Source: Octopus bimaculoides (taxonomy: Eukaryota). Taken from it: a DNA stretch of 64,000 nt. Below the pieces are notes generated by a model. It saw nothing but the letters and a program-made list of their open reading frames with translations. It had not been told where the DNA came from and did no database searches. Within the stretch, counting starts at the first letter, position 1; the number at the start of each line of letters is the position of its first letter. Below are positions 1 through 10,969 of the stretch, piece after piece. Location of the stretch: the NCBI RefSeq assembly GCF_001194135.2, contig NC_068984.1, positions 104,464,091 through 104,528,090 of the forward strand, in the 5' to 3' direction. A program made the translations under genes and the position numbers.

Positions 1-611
1 GAGTAAAAGAGAATATTGATAAAGAACAATAAAAATTCAGTCATATTAAATGAGAAATATGTATCTGGTGAATACTAGTTATTGTATTGATATATGGTTG
101 GAAATTAGCAAATCTTAGCTTTAAACCACTATGCTCTTCAAGATTCAGTTTGTTAATAATTCAGTACCCTTAATGCCCAGAATTGTTTCCGGTGTTTATC
201 AATCCCTTGAATAGCCACATAGATCCAAGGAGTCAATATTACCACTCTGTTGATCACTAGTTTGAGCCTTATGAAATGTAAAATTTATACTTTTCCAAAT
301 GCAAACATTACAAAAGCCTGTTTGTATACCTATTTATTTTTTTTCCCACTAGTTTCAGCTTGAGAGCAGCAACCATGCAGGGGTACCACTGTTATATGTG
401 TGTGCTTGGTTTTGTAAAACTTTCAACCTTTTATGTTAAAAATCAATTTAGCCATCCAATAGAGATTGGTAAAATGACTATTAGACTGAAATAAGTTTCT
501 TTAGAGTGGTTCCCCAGCACAGTTGCAAGCCAATGACTGGAACCAGTAAAAGAATGAAAGAATGAAATGAAATTCAAATGTGATGTAAGATAGCCTGTGG
601 TAGGTTTTAAT

Positions 612-658
<47 letters not shown>

Positions 659-1194
659 NNNNNNNNNNNNNNNNNNNNNNNNNNNNNNNNNNNNNNNNNN
701 NNNNNNNNNNNNNNNNNNNNNNNNNNNNNNNNNNNNNNNNNNNNNNNNNNNNNNNNNNNNNNNNNNNNNNNNNNNNNNNNNNNNNNNNNNNNNNNNNNNN
801 NNNNNNNNNNNNNNNNNNNNNNNNNNNNNNNNNNNNNNNNNNNNNNNNNNNNNNNNNNNNNNNNNNNNNNNNNNNNNNNNNNNNNNNNNNNNNNNNNNNN
901 NNNNNNNNNNNNNNNNNNNNNNNNNNNNNNNNNNNNNNNNNNNNNNNNNNNNNNNNNNNNNNNNNNNNNNNNNNNNNNNNNNNNNNNNNNNNNNNNNNNN
1001 NNNNNNNNNNNNNNNNNNNNNNNNNNNNNNNNNNNNNNNNNNNNNNNNNNNNNNNNNNNNNNNNNNNNNNNNNNNNNNNNNNNNNNNNNNNNNNNNNNNN
1101 NNNNNNNNNNNNNNNNNNNNNNNNNNNNNNNNNNNNNNNNNNNNNNNNNNNNNNNNNNNNNNNNNNNNNNNNNNNNNNNNNNNNNNNNNNNNNN

Positions 1195-1225
<31 letters not shown>

Positions 1226-1567
1226 TAAATATAGGATAGTGGTACAACAATGCACCAATATTTACTGGAATTAGCAGTCGATAATATATGACGCTATAGT
1301 AAAGCTTCACTGTATATATATACTGGCATATATCTGTGTGTGTATGTGTGTGTCTTTGAGTCAGTTTTTTTCCCTAAATCATTGCTTGACAATCAGTGTC
1401 AGTATGTTTATGTCCCCATAACTTAGCAGTTCAGCAAAAGAAACTGATAGAATGAGTACAAGCTTTAAAAAAGTCTGGCGGTCGATTTCTTTGACTAAAA
1501 CCCTTCAAGGTGGTGCTCCTGCACGGCTGCAGTCAAATGACTGAAACAAGTAAAAGAATAAAAGAAA

Positions 1568-1603
<36 letters not shown>

Positions 1604-1959
1604 TATATACATTTATAAAACAAATTTTACAAAATATATAGTATCTGTTAACAGTCTTAGCAAAAAGCTCACAGTTGAGTTTTTGTATATATATATGTAT
1701 ACATGTCTCTTAAAGGATAGAGCTCAAAATCAATGCATTGAAGATACTTTATTGCAGCAACAATTACAATAACAGAAACAACCACAAAAGCCAAACCTAT
1801 GCACATTTCAATAGGGTATCCCGGATAAATAAACCACATCATAAGATGTCTCGTAAAATATTGTAACAAATTACAACATATTACAAATTTCTGGATACTC
1901 CATCTCTTCAGGGTCGCATTATTGCCACCACCAATACTATTATTAGCAAAACACACAAA

Positions 1960-2042
1960 ATAAATAAAGAAATGGAGTCAAATGCAGGTTTTATTCAAAT
2001 CATTTGAATAACACCTGCGTTTGACTCCATTTCTTTATTTAT
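1960..2042. repeat. 83-bp near-perfect palindrome
   Basis: 41-bp arms around C2001, with 39 of 41 positions complementary. Confidence 0.95.
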
Positions 2043-2511
2043 CCATGTTATACAAAAACATTTCACTTAACCCAGGAATTTCTACTGTTATAAGTAGGCT
2101 GTAATATCCTTGGCACTTATGTGAATTTTTGCTACCCTGGTAACTATTTATTTATTTATTTTTTCTTTGTTATTTGTATACATTGAAAAACACACGTACA
2201 TTTATATATATATAAATATATATACATATATAAAAGTACACACACAGTTGTGTGTGTGTGTGTGTGTGTGTGTGTATTCTATTGTTCTATCATCAGTTTC
2301 AGCCAGTGGCTATGGTTGTGCTAGGGCATCACCACTATTCAATTTTTATTTTTTTCCCTTGTTGGTGACAGTTGTGTTAAAGACATTCTTACAAGAAATA
2401 GAGAATAAGACTACAGATTGCTTGCAGACTGTTACAGAAAATAAATTGGAGAGAGAAAAGAAGAGAGAAAGAAGTATTGAAGAAAAACTATTAGTTCCTA
2501 TGGTGATCAGT

Positions 2512-2855
2512 CTATTTTTTGGTGTGTTCATCATAACCCTTCTTCTATCAGCATTTCATCTCACTAGGGAATTTCTCAAAACATGTCTTGCAGACAGGCT
2601 TCATGTCAAATTCAGAGAATTTGGTTTTCTGGCTCATCTTCCTGTCATAGACAGATCAAGCAAAATGTCTGACACAACAGTCTTTGTTAAAGGCAGTAAA
2701 GGCATCTCCAGCTACAATATTGTTACAAAGCAAATATTTCCAAAAAGCTGGTGATAATGTGTCTCACAGTAAGCTATATTCTTCTCATAATATCTGGTGC
2801 TCAGAAATGGTTTCTCACATTTGGCACAGACAAAGTACTCAACATGCCAGTATTT
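2512..2855 (-). pseudogene. LIMS1: PINCH/LIMS (LIM4-LIM5) processed pseudogene fragment
   Basis: Minus strand reads [43 protein letters not shown], then after a frameshift [68 protein letters not shown]. This matches the PINCH C-terminus ([17 protein letters not shown]...LAYCETHYNQLFG...KFVEFDMKPVCKKCYEKFP). No introns; frameshift and in-frame stops. Confidence 0.9.
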
Positions 2856-3420
2856 TTTATGTTTTATCTTTTACTTGTTTCAGTCATTAGATTGTGGCCA
2901 TGCTGGAGCACCACATTGAAGAGTTTTTAGTTAAATGAATTGACCCAAGTACTTCTTTTAAAGCCTGGTACTTAAAACTATCAGTATGTTCCAAACCACT
3001 CTTGGTGTGTTTACATCCTTATACCTTAGTGGTTTGGCAAAAGAGACCAATAGGATAACTACTAGGCTTAAAAAACAATAAATACTGCGGTCAATTCATT
3101 TGGCTGAAAACTCTTCAAGGTGGTGCCCCAGCATGGCTCAGTCTAATGACTGAAACAAGTAAAAGCTAAAAGATATTCTTTTATTCTTTTACATGTTTTC
3201 CTCATTTGACTGTGGCCATGCTGGAGTATCACCTTAAAAAGCTTTAGTTGAAGAAATTGACCCTAGGACTTATTCTTTGTAAGCCTTGTACTTATTCTAT
3301 CAGTCTCTTTTTACTGAAACACTAACTTATCAGTTGTCAAGTGATGGTGAGGGGGACAAATAAAGACACACACATAAATATACATATATATATATATGGC
3401 TGTGTGGTAAGTAGCTGGGC

Positions 3421-3822
3421 GCAGGAGTGGCTGTGTGATAAGTAGCTTGCTTACCAACCACATGAATCTGGGTTCATTCCCACTGCGTGGCACCTTGGGC
3501 AAGTGTCTTCTACTATAGCCTTGGGCCGACCAATGCCTTGTGAGTGGATTTGGTCGATGTAAACTGAAGGAAGTCCGTCGGATATATGTATATATATATA
3601 TGTGTGTGTATATGTTTGTATGTCTGTGTTTGTCCCCCCCCCCCCNNNNNNNNNNCATCGCTTGACAACTGATGGTGGTGTGTTTACATCCCCGTAACCT
3701 AGCAGTTCGGCAAAAGAGACTGATAGAATAGCATACAAAGAATAAATCCTGAGGTCGATTTGCTCGACTAAAGGCGGTGCTCCAGCATGGCTGCAGTCAA
3801 ATGACTGAAACAAGTAAAAGAG
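3421..3822 (+). mobile_element. Octopus OR-type tRNA-derived SINE, full-length
   Basis: Head gcaggagtggctgtgtgataagtagc...gggttcattccc, core ccttgggcaagtgtctt, internal microsatellite, tail cagtcaaatgactgaaacaagtaaaaga. Partial copies at ~1337-1567, 2866-3360, 6470-6600, 11590-11720, 12665-12840, 17780-17940 and 39495-39740. Confidence 0.85.
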
Positions 3823-4086
3823 TATATATATATATATATATATATAGTTTTATATATATATATATATTTATATATATATGTTTTATCCCTAGTACTGCCT
3901 GACTGGCCTTCGTGTGGGTGACATGTAAAAGCACCCACTACACTCTCTGAGTGGTTGGCGTTAGGAAGGGCATCCAGCTGTAGAAACTCTGCCAGATCAG
4001 ATTGGAGCCTGGTGTTGCCATCCGGTTTCACCAGTCCTCAGTCAAATTGTCCAACCCATGCTAGCATGGAAAGTGGATGTTAAACA

Positions 4087-4118
<32 letters not shown>

Positions 4119-4126
4119 ATATATAG

Positions 4127-5984
4127 TTGAAATTTACAGAAAAACAAAAGACGAAGACAGGTGTATTAGTTTGATGCTTGGGATGGTGAGAAATTTTTAT
4201 ACATTTCAAGCCTACACTCTTCAAGAGAAAGGAACATGAGGAAATAAACAGAGAGAGAATAAAAAAAAAAATTGTGGATTTAGCAGGCAATCATGGTGAT
4301 TGGTTAGAAAAGGTAGTTAGATAGGAAAGCTAGGAAGAAGGGGTGATAATAAAGTACTGGTGATCTCAAAACGAAGGTGTGCATGTGTGTGTGGATGGGG
4401 GCTGGTGACTTTAACGTGTGGATGAGTGTGTGTGGAAGTGCGTGCGTCAGTAATGTGTGGGTGTGTGGATGATGGTGCGAGTACTGGTAAGTGGTTAGTG
4501 CTAGAGTGCGGAGTAGTATGGGGTGGTGTGATGTGGTGTGGCAGTGTGGGGATGCGGGTTTGGCGTGAGGATGTGGGGGTGAGGATGTGGAGGTGTGGGG
4601 GTATGGGTGGATTATGTGGGAGTGTGTGGATAGGGGTATCAATGAAGGGAGAAAGTGGGTAGGAGTGAAGAGAGGAAGTAAATGTCAGGGCACGAGAGGA
4701 GAGGTGGGTAGGAGTGAAAAGAGGAAGTAGGTGTCAGATGAAGAGAAGAGAGGAGGGGAGTCAGATGAAAAGGAGAGGAGAGTCGAGCCCATGTGGCGCA
4801 AAGGAGCGAAAAGAGAAGATTAATTCCTGTTCATGACAAAGGTGGGAGTCTGGATAGCTCCTGAGCAAAGACAATCCAAACACAGACAGGTGTTGTAATG
4901 AATGACCAGTAGAGCGGAAATGGCATGAAACTGGGGCGTCATTGCCAAGTCTAACGTCTCGGAGGTGCTCTGCGAACCAGTCAGCCAAGTGGCACCCCGT
5001 TTGACCGATGTACAGAAAAGGGCAGAAAGAGCAGGAGATGCAGTAAATGACGTTGCTATAAGTGCAGGTAAAGGAGTCAATGATATGACAGGGATGATGA
5101 CAGGTGTCTGTGAGAATAGTGGTGTTGGAGAGGTAGGGGCAAGTGCAGCAGTATGGGTGGGAGCAGGGTAACGAGCCAGGTTTGGAGGTGGGGTAGGGAA
5201 GAAACAGTGGACCAGGAGGTCATGTAGGTTGTGGGCTCATTTGAAGGAGGGAAGGGGTAGGTTGAGGAAGATGTGCAAAGTGGAGGAGTCGGATTGGAGT
5301 CACCGGAAGGCTCAGGGAATGGTGTCTTGGAGGGGCAGGGTGAAGGAGTGGTAGGTGAGGGGAAACGGGAGATGGGCAACAGCGGAACAGGTGTGAGGAG
5401 AGAGAGCAGAGGCATGGTCCATGGAATGTGCTCTGGCATATCCACGAAGGATGAAGTAGCAAACCATGAGTTCAGACTGAGTCTCAAAGTCATGGAGAGC
5501 TTGGTGTGGGTAGGGTGGGAGGAGGAGAAGTTGAGGTATGAGTGTGAGTTGGAGTGTTTATAGTGGATGGAGGTAGTGAGATCAGAGTTGTGTATGTTGA
5601 CCGATATGTCGAGAAAGGTGATGGAAGTGTTGGAAATGGTGCAGGAGAATTCGAGGGCAGGATGAAAGGATTGGACAAAAGAGAGGAAGGAGTCTAGTTG
5701 TTTGTGAGAGACCAAGGTAGCACGAATACAGTCATCAATATAACAACCGTATAGTGAGAATTTACAAAAAAAAAAAAAAAAGACGAAGATGGGTGTGTAA
5801 ACAACAAACAGATATATTAGTTTAACGCTCGGGAAGTGAGAAAGTCTTTTACATTTCAAGCTTATGCTCTTCGAAGGAAAGGAACATGGGACTAGTGAAT
5901 CTTGAAAATATTTGGGCCTCAACATAGCCAATGAACAGGTTCACATAGTTGGAGCCCATTCTCATTACCATGGCCACTTCCGAG
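4127..5984 (-). mobile_element. Penelope-like retroelement (Poseidon/Neptune-like), decayed, with two pLTR-like repeats
   Basis: RT motifs VAMVMRMGSNYVNLFIGYVE (5890-5984) and YGCYIDDC...SFHPALEFSCTISNTSITFLDI...YLNFSSSHP (5490-5750). GIY-YIG-type C-terminus at 4761-5080 (WFAEHLRDVRL...PVSCHFRSTGHS...EQELIF). Related ~130-bp repeats at ~4127-4260 and ~5755-5889. Confidence 0.8.
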
Positions 5985-6432
5985 NNNNNNNNNNNNNNNN
6001 NNNNNNNNNNNNNNNNNNNNNNNNNNNNNNNNNNNNNNNNNNNNNNNNNNNNNNNNNNNNNNNNNNNNNNNNNNNNNNNNNNNNNNNNNNNNNNNNNNNN
6101 NNNNNNNNNNNNNNNNNNNNNNNNNNNNNNNNNNNNNNNNNNNNNNNNNNNNNNNNNNNNNNNNNNNNNNNNNNNNNNNNNNNNNNNNNNNNNNNNNNNN
6201 NNNNNNNNNNNNNNNNNNNNNNNNNNNNNNNNNNNNNNNNNNNNNNNNNNNNNNNNNNNNNNNNNNNNNNNNNNNNNNNNNNNNNNNNNNNNNNNNNNNN
6301 NNNNNNNNNNNNNNNNNNNNNNNNNNNNNNNNNNNNNNNNNNNNNNNNNNNNNNNNNNNNNNNNNNNNNNNNNNNNNNNNNNNNNNNNNNNNNNNNNNNN
6401 NNNNNNNNNNNNNNNNNNNNNNNNNNNNNNNN

Positions 6433-6476
<44 letters not shown>

Positions 6477-7394
6477 ATGGGCTATTGTTCAGTCCCACTG
6501 CATGGCACTTTGGGAAAGTATCTTCTACTGCAGACCCAGGTTAATGAAAGCCTTGTTGGTGGATTTGACAGGAGGAAACTGAAAACGAACTTCACTGTAT
6601 GTGTGTGTCTGTGTGACTACATGTGCACGTGTGTGTGCATGTATATTTATGTATACACACACACACACGGCAAAGGCCTAGTGGTTAGGCTGTTGCACTC
6701 ATGATTGTTAGATTGTGGGTTCAATTGCTAGAACAGGCAGCACATTGTATTCTTGAGCAAAACACTTCATTTCAGATTGCTCCAGTCCCCTTTCGATCAA
6801 GGGGGAATTTTGGCTTGGTCAATTAACCAGTGGAGTTACCTCATTTGGTGGCTAAGATGATGCAAAATGCATTGTGACCAGCGATGTGTAACAACGTCTG
6901 ATAGTCTAGTCGGTCACGTGGTCATATACATACACACACATACAATATAATTGATAGGCTCCGATTTCTAGTTCTTGTGTGGGCTTGAATCAGCTATTTT
7001 TGCACATGTGGTTTACATAGGTTTTTAGTTATAAGGGTAGGCGTTTTCCCCAAACTTTCATTTCATATTTCAAAAAATATTCAGACGGTGGATATTTCCA
7101 AAGAAAATCAGGTTCAGTTTACCAACTGATGATCAGAAATAAGTAACTGTGAGTACTGGAAATTGGAGCCTTTCAGATATAGTGTATTAAAGAATACTCT
7201 ACATTTATCTTCAGTCTAGTGTGTGTTTTTGCATGTGTGTGTATGTTGTTTTTCTGAATAGGTAAGCATCTGTATGTATGTGTGCATGTGTGTTCCCACA
7301 TATGTGTGTGCATATCTATGTGTTCGTTTGTGCGTGCATGTGTGTGTGTGTGTGTGTGCGTGCGTGCGTATGTTTGCGTGTATGCAAGTGTGAT

Positions 7395-8520
7395 TGTGTG
7401 TCCTTGAAGAACTACATAGTCAAGTTCAATAAGAAATTATATAGGAACGTCCAAGAAGCAGTTGTTGGTGCCAGTGTAGCTCGGGATGTGGCTGGCCTTT
7501 TCATGACCTGGTGGGACAAAAAAACATAGGCAATCCCTAGATGAATACTCTGTAGCTGTAATACTATACTGTAGATATGTAGGTAATATTAACATTATTG
7601 TTAGGACAATTCCAGGTAGTGATACTAAGGAAGCTGAGAGGAATACAATGGAAAACGTCCAGTGCATAGCTAACTCCATCCACCAGAGTATCAAGGTAAT
7701 GATAGACTACCCCTCTAAGGACACTAACAATAGACTCCCTGTCCGTGATACTGAAGTTTCGTTAGAGACTACAAACTACAAGGTTCAACTCCTCCCCTTA
7801 TTTATATGAAATCCATAACTTCAAAATATGTTATTCATAAGAACTCAGCTTTATCACACAATGATAAGATAAACATACTTATAGCAGATTTAGTTAGGAT
7901 AATGAATAACTTATGCCCTGTGTGCAAACCTTGTGAAATAAAAGAGACATGCACAGGACTTAATGTACCACATTCAGTCCTCTAGCTACAGCCAAAGTGT
8001 ACAGTGGAGTAGGAAGAAGTTAGATGACATTATAAGAAAGGAAACCAGTGGAACGTTGCTTCGATATTGAGGCAAATAATGTAAAAGAATAAAAAGAATT
8101 AGTGATAAAGCAAACAGAATAAATACATGGTACAACAAAGATATTTCAAGGGATAATGTTTGTAGATGCTATGCTACATGGGGAGTTATCCCTAGGTTTA
8201 GGAAGATTATGAAGGAAGTTAAACTCAATATTGAAGTTGTAGAAAAACCAGGGTGGTCCATCAGATTACAATTATGTAAGATATACTCCTTTGCAAAGAG
8301 CACATATCCTGATAGGAACTGCATTGTGTGTATTTTCAGCCCTAGTATTAACTGTAAGACCAGGAATGTAGTCTACTGTATAAAATGCATGGAGGATGAT
8401 GGTATGAACTGGAATAAGGCATATTTTGGGGAGATTTCTAGGAGTTTAGCTGAGAGGCTAAATGAACACTGGCAGGAGTATAATGACAGGATACTCTACC
8501 AACATGTCAAAGATCAACAA
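7395..8520 (+). mobile_element. Penelope-like (Naiad-like) element fragment: RT core plus GIY-YIG
   Basis: LKNYIVKFNKKLY...VGASVARDVAGLFMTWWD...RYVGNINIIV...IANSIHQSIKVMIDYPSK (RT). NCIVC...NCKTRNVVYCIKC...YFGEISRSLAERLNEH (GIY-YIG, ORF 8209-8613). Stops and frameshifts present. Confidence 0.8.
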
Positions 8521-8770
8521 ACACACACTGACCATTTTTGCACTCTCTTGCCTTCAAAAACCACATTCTCTATCTCTCTCTGTCTGCCAGTCAGTTATTT
8601 TTTGGCCATATAACAACATATGTGCTTTTCTCTGGACTATTTGCTCCTCTCTCCTTTACCTCTTCTCTGGACCTTTCCTTTTATCCGGCAAAGTGCCATG
8701 CTCGAAATGCCATTTCTACTCTTATTTTTCCATCTAAAACTTTCACTGAGCATTTATCTAATATACTCAC

Positions 8771-8826
8771 TGTGTATGTCCAACTGACTTTTGTTATTTT
8801 TCCTGTTTTTTTGTTCATGAATTTGC
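8771..8826 (-). CDS. Candidate next exon of the repeat-containing gene ((S)KFMNKKTGKITKVSWTYT)
   Basis: gtgtag|GC acceptor and ACA|GTGAGT donor. Phase 1 start matches the phase 1 end of the large exon across a 166-nt intron, and the frame is open. No homology support. Confidence 0.4.
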
Positions 8827-8992
8827 CTACACACACACACAGATATACACACACACCTTAAAGACGTCTAATGAAATATTTATAAGAAAATAACAGGCAA
8901 TATAAGAACAATTTGAACAAAAGAATTCCATGTTATGGATTGAATATTGTGTTAACTTTGATATAAAAATAAATAAAACTGAAAATATTTAC

Positions 8993-10969
8993 TGATATAT
9001 TCATATTCTGTATCATTGACTGTTTCATTATCACCAAAGGATTCTTCTTTTCTATTTGGAAACCCCTCATTTTTATCTACTTTTATTTCTCTTGATGCTT
9101 TCATTCTCTTGATATCCTCATAGTCATCTTCAGTAACATAACTGTATGTTTCCTCAGGGGCAGTATTTAGTGAATCTAGAGCTGTGTATACTGGTTCTTT
9201 ATTTTGGACACTTCTTATACTAGCATATAGTGGTTCGCTTCCTATTTTTGTCCAGTTACTATCATCATGTATTTTTTCATCTTTAATATTTAGAACATCC
9301 TCATATACTTCATTCGTATTATCAGGTGGTACTGTAGGCTGAATGCTTAAGATATCCTCGTACACTTTATTCATATTATCAGGTGGTACTGTAGGCTGAA
9401 TGCTTAAGATATCCTCATACACTTTATTCATATCATCAGGTGTTACTGTAGGCTGAGTGTTTAAGACATCGTCATATACTTCATTCATAATAGCAGGTGT
9501 TACTTTAGGTTGATTGTTTAAGATATCGTCATATATTTCATTCATATTAGCAGGTGTTACTTTAGGCTGAGTGTTTAAGACATCATCATATACTGGTGTT
9601 ATATCTACATCTGTTGACTTAGTGTTAAAGAATGCCAGTTCAGTATCAGATTTTTGTGTTAAAATATCATGAGATATTTTAGTGTCAGACTCATTTCTTG
9701 TTCCAATGCTGGCATGGGCTACTCCAACATTTGTCTTTCTTATGAAGTTCTCAGACATTCTGCTATCACTATCAGAGGTTCCAAGGGATATTTTAGTGTC
9801 AAACTCATTTCTTGTTCCAATGCTGGAATGGGCTACTCCAACATTTGTCTTTCTTATGAAGTTCTCAGACATTCTGCTATCACTATCAGAGGTTCCAAGG
9901 GATATTTTAGTGTCAGACTCATTTCTTGTTCCAATGCTGGCATGGGCTACTCCAACATTTGTCTTTGTTATGAAGTTCTCAGACATTCTGTTATCACTAT
10001 CAGAGGTTCCAAGCNNNNNNNNNNNNNNNNNNNNNNNNNNNNNNNNNNNNNNNNNNNNNNNNNNNNNNNNNNNNNNNNNNNNNNNNNNNNNNNNNNNNNN
10101 NNNNNNNNNNNNNNNNNNNNNNNNNNNNNNNNNNNNNNNNNNNNNNNNNNNNNNNNNNNNNNNNNNNNNNNNNNNNNNNNNNNNNNNNNNNNNNNNNNNN
10201 NNNNNNNNNNNNNNNNNNNNNNNNNNNNNNNNNNNNNNNNNNNNNNNNNNNNNNNNNNNNNNNNNNNNNNNNNNNNNNNNNNNNNNNNNAGATATTTTAG
10301 TGTCAGACTCATTTCTTGTTCCAATGCTGGCATGGGCTACTCCAACATTTGTCTTTGTTATGAAGTTCTCAGACATTCTGTTATCACTATCAGAGGTTCC
10401 AAGCGATATTTTAGTGTCAGACTCATTTCTTGTTCTAATGCTGGAATGGGCTACTCCAACATTTGTCTTTCTTATGAAGTTCTCAGACATTCTGCTATCA
10501 CTATCAGAGGTTCCAAGGGATATTTTAGTGTCAAACTCATTTCTTGTTCCAATGCTGGAAGGGGCTACTCCAACATCTGTTTTTGTTATGAAGTTCTCAG
10601 ACATTCTGCTATCACTATNNNNNNNNNNGTTCCAAGGGATATTTTAGTGTCAAACTCATTTCTTGTTCCAATGCTGGAAGGGGCTACTCCAACATCTGTT
10701 TTTGTTATGAAGTTCTCAGACATTCTGCTATCACTATCATAGGTTCCAAGGGATATTTTAGTGTCAGACTCATTTCTTGTTCCAATGCTGGAATGGGCTA
10801 CTCCAACATCTGTCTTTGTTATGAAGTTCTCAGACATTCTGCTATCTCTGCCAGAGATTCCAGGACCCTCTCGTTCATCTATAGTAAAATATTCTGCTTC
10901 TGTACTGGAAGAGAGGATTTCAACTCCAGGCATCTTTTTTGCTCCATCAACAGGCATAAAAACTGGATC
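8993..10969 (-). CDS. Large internal coding exon of an unidentified gene: 38-aa tandem repeats followed by a tyrosine-motif array (signalling adaptor or receptor cytoplasmic tail)
   Basis: Acceptor tattttttTAG|GAT CCA GTT TTT ATG at 10969 (phase 0); donor ATC A|GTAAAT at 8993/8992 (phase 1). ORFs 10586-10957 and 8952-10604 form one frame: the 10 Ns at 10619-10628 stand where other repeat units have 5 bases. The non-repetitive 680 bp (8993-9670) is stop-free on this strand despite high AT content. Confidence 0.8.
9277..9605 (-). repeat. Coding 57-bp (19-aa) repeat, six copies, each with Y-[DE]-D-[VI]
   Basis: Translation VYDDVLNTQPKVTPAN-MNEIYDDILNNQPKVTPAI-MNEVYDDVLNTQPTVTPDD-MNKVYEDILSIQPTVPPDN (x2)-TNEVYEDVLNI. 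Confidence 0.92.
9673..10847 (-). repeat. Coding minisatellite, 114-bp unit (38 aa, MSENFITKTNVGVAHSSIGTRNESDTKISLGTSDSDSR)
   Basis: Unit starts (gatattttagtgtca on +) at 9673, 9787, 9901, 10291, 10405, 10519, 10638 and 10752, spaced 114 bp wherever no gap intervenes. Units differ by a few substitutions and show no indels. Confidence 0.95.

Noticed and set aside
501-1310. Long ORFs made of X, HT, CV, YI or SL runs here and at 5912-6704, 37263-37853, 38988-39625, 53778-54082 and 54761-55118
   Set aside because: Artefacts of N gaps and microsatellites.
1669-1956. TM-like ORF (IGLAFVVVSVIVIVAAIKY)
   Set aside because: No convincing acceptor; low-complexity AAC/AAT DNA overlapping a repeat module.
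2167-2754. 195-aa plus-strand ORF
   Set aside because: Antisense shadow of the PINCH pseudogene plus microsatellite.
10586-10628. Apparent frameshift between ORFs 10586-10957 and 8952-10604
   Set aside because: Ten Ns replace five bases of the repeat unit; this is a scaffolding artefact.
9669-10742. Plus-strand ORFs across the 114-bp array
   Set aside because: They are confined to the repeat; only the minus frame continues into unique sequence and has splice sites.
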